NCBI GenBank assembly: GCA_976226885.1
Contig: OZ320319.1
Coordinates: 78,368,001 to 78,432,000, forward strand
DNA from: Iphione sp. A-MEVVRFRX5
Lineage: Eukaryota
Direction: 5' to 3'
DNA length: 64,000 nt
Shown: one piece after another, positions 62,215 to 64,000 of the stretch
Layout of the letters: each line of letters begins with the position of its first letter
Numbering within the stretch: position 1 is the first letter of the stretch
Program-made: the position numbers and the translations under genes
Notes under the pieces: model-generated
What the model was told of the DNA's origin: nothing
Databases searched by the model: none
The model's input: the letters and a program-made list of their open reading frames with translations, nothing else

Positions 62215-63123
62215 TTAGGCTTCATCCTGGTCGGCAAATAGGATTGGCGGTCCCGTTTGTGCTGTCTTCACATACACCTTGCCATTCAATGTCCAGGCAC
62301 TAGTAAATCTACCTGATTTTACCAGCTGTCTCGCTCTAAAATATCTAGCTCTATTCACTTCGGAGAGATCTTCATTAAGGAAAATACCTCGTGCAATTCT
62401 CCCTAGGCTAGTACGCTTTGAGTAAACTTGCTGTTTGGTACTCTCACGTATAAACGAAACAAATAATGGCCTGGAGGTTGTACCCGATTCTTTCTTGCCG
62501 ATCCTGTAGATTAGATCAATGTCATTTCTAGTGATATTCTGCTCTAAGTTTAACTTATTGAGTAGATTTATCAGCTCATCCGGATCTGGCAGTTGAGTTT
62601 CAGGTAAGCCTATTATCTTCAGTGCTCGATTCCTCGTCCTATTCTCGAGCTCTTCTGTCCTGTTGACAGTGTTGATAGTCGAGTTGGTTACATCAGCCAT
62701 CTGGTTTTCTACTGCATCTAGCCTTTCATCCATATATTCAATAGTTTCCAACCTCGTTTTCCTTATCGCACTTTCCAGCAGTTTTTCTAACTGCCTTGTG
62801 TTAGTGGATATTGTTGAGAATTTGGATACGGTTGAAGTCATTGATGTGTTAGAGTCACTTGATTCGGGTCTTGGGTTTGCTGTAGATGTACTTGGAACAG
62901 CTAAATCCCGCTTCTTTGCCACATCTGAATTACTTAATGCTTGAGCATTTGTGTCCTTGTCCTTGACAGTCTTTTGTTCAGCTGCCTTGCTATTTGCTTT
63001 AGCTTGGGATTTATCAATTTCTTCCTTGGTGAAGCCTTTGAAGGACGATGCCGATCCACTCGATTCACTTGGCTTCTTTGCTGGAGTTTTGCCTTTTTTG
63101 GATTTAAAAGGCCTCAGTGGCAT
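62215..63123 (-). CDS. LINE ORF1: L1-type coiled-coil + RRM + CTD RNA-binding protein (302 aa)
   Basis: ATG at 63123 (the track start at 63138 is TTG). Heptad-like LEKLLESAIR...LDAVENQM, then ELENRTRNRALKIIGLPE, IDLIYRIG..RPLFVSF, IFLNEDL, AWTLNGKVYVK, typical of Transposase_22/L1-like ORF1p. Confidence 0.9.
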   Translation of the reverse strand: MPLRPFKSKKGKTPAKKPSESSGSASSFKGFTKEEIDKSQAKANSKAAEQKTVKDKDTNAQALSNSDVAKKRDLAVPSTSTANPRPESSDSNTSMTSTVSKFSTISTNTRQLEKLLESAIRKTRLETIEYMDERLDAVENQMADVTNSTINTVNRTEELENRTRNRALKIIGLPETQLPDPDELINLLNKLNLEQNITRNDIDLIYRIGKKESGTTSRPLFVSFIRESTKQQVYSKRTSLGRIARGIFLNEDLSEVNRARYFRARQLVKSGRFTSAWTLNGKVYVKTAQTGPPILFADQDEA

Positions 63124-64000
63124 CTTGATAGTGTTCAAGTACTCTAAAAAAACTTAAAAAACAGGATTACTATGGTATAATACTGTCCAGGATGCGTTTG
63201 ATGCAGTGTTGTTAAGGGTAGTTCACTTCTTGACAACTGTAAACATTGTAGTGGCGGCCATATTGTCTTTCAGCGCACAGTTGCAATTTTCCATCCACAG
63301 TGGCGTTTCTAATCCCCTACCCAGATGGCAATTTTACATCACTACAGAGCCAGAAAACCTTTATGTAGGTCTTCACACATCAAGTGTTATTATTCATTTG
63401 GTGTTTCCCAAATTAATTGTATTATTGCCGGGAGCGCGGTCTAGCCCCTAGTCGACATGTTCCACGCATGCGCAGAACTCTGCCATTTTGAAGAGAATGC
63501 GGAGAACAGTTTAAGAACCATTCTCACAAACAACGAGAGTCGTTTGCACCGCGTCCGAGAAAAAAAGAGCCATTTTAACAGCAGGAAACAATTTAAGGGC
63601 TATTTATCTATTAATGGCAGCGGACGTGACGTTTACTGCGCTGGTAGGGCAGGTGGACGTTGGTGGTTTAAGGTCAGCGGCCAGTTTAATAAAACAGGTT
63701 TCTAGAGGCTCGATCCACTCCAGACGTGCAATATACACCGCCATCATTTTAGGGGTCGAGTCATGATGCAAATAATTGTATTTTCCAACAATTATGAAAA
63801 AAAAACTATTGTTCCACACTAACAAAGTTTGTGTTAACGGGCTGATCTGAATTAATTAGTGGTAATATTGCACAGGAATGTAGCCTGTAGCAATAGGTTT
63901 AGGTAGCAAGTTTATATTACGTATCATTCAAGTTTATATCACGTATTATAAGTGTGGAGGTTTACAGACAGGATAATATACCGCTAGACCAGCAGTAGCT

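Larger units (their letters stand above)
58333..63280 (-). mobile_element. Full-length non-LTR retrotransposon (LINE), CR1 group (L2/Crack/Daphne-like)
   Basis: Two uninterrupted ORFs, 667-nt spacer, ~230-nt 3'UTR, poly(A)21 at 58353-58333 starting inside AATAAA, and YY1-like AATATGGCCGC (63264-63254) near the 5' end. 5' boundary approximate; no clear TSD. Confidence 0.92.

Noticed and set aside
59083-63157. Plus-strand ORFs inside the LINE
   Set aside because: Antisense shadows of ORF1/ORF2 caused by the T/G-rich strand bias.
63377-63388. ACATCAAGTGTT as a possible TSD matching ACATCAAAGTATGTT at 58320
   Set aside because: Not identical and ~100 bp beyond the likely 5' end.
1-64000. rRNA, tRNA, snRNA genes, prokaryotic operons or CRISPR-Cas
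   Set aside because: No matching sequence or structure seen.

Overview
Animal (metazoan) genomic DNA from a gappy draft scaffold with 10 N-runs (16583-16915, 20202-20331, 28342-28510, ~29907-30072, 34901-35083, 40937-41381, 42039-42138, 43265-43478, ~48148-48354, 50270-50492). It is rich in microsatellites, G/C homopolymers and the TACATGTA motif; composition suggests a marine invertebrate such as an amphioxus (inference only). Most of the window looks like the long 5' intron/regulatory domain of an unidentified minus-strand gene whose first two coding exons are at 2814-2619 and 501-247. It also holds candidate upstream non-coding first exons, a textbook recursive-splice (AG|GTAAG) site, transcription-factor motif clusters and a possible nested plus-strand transcription unit near 15.5-21.3 kb. 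The only confidently identified proteins belong to a full-length, apparently intact CR1-group (L2/Crack/Daphne-like) LINE at ~58333-63280 (minus strand): L1-type ORF1, 667-nt spacer, APE+RT ORF2, 3' stem-loop, poly(A). This LINE is the most interesting object. Its 3'UTR carries 17-nt and 11-nt blocks perfectly antisense to two adjacent blocks in its own ORF1 about 4 kb away, in pseudoknot-like order. ORF2 has no AUG for its first 326 codons, and the spacer holds a promoter-like motif cluster and a GT-AG intron candidate. Most other ORFs in the supplied track are repeat, gap or antisense artefacts.
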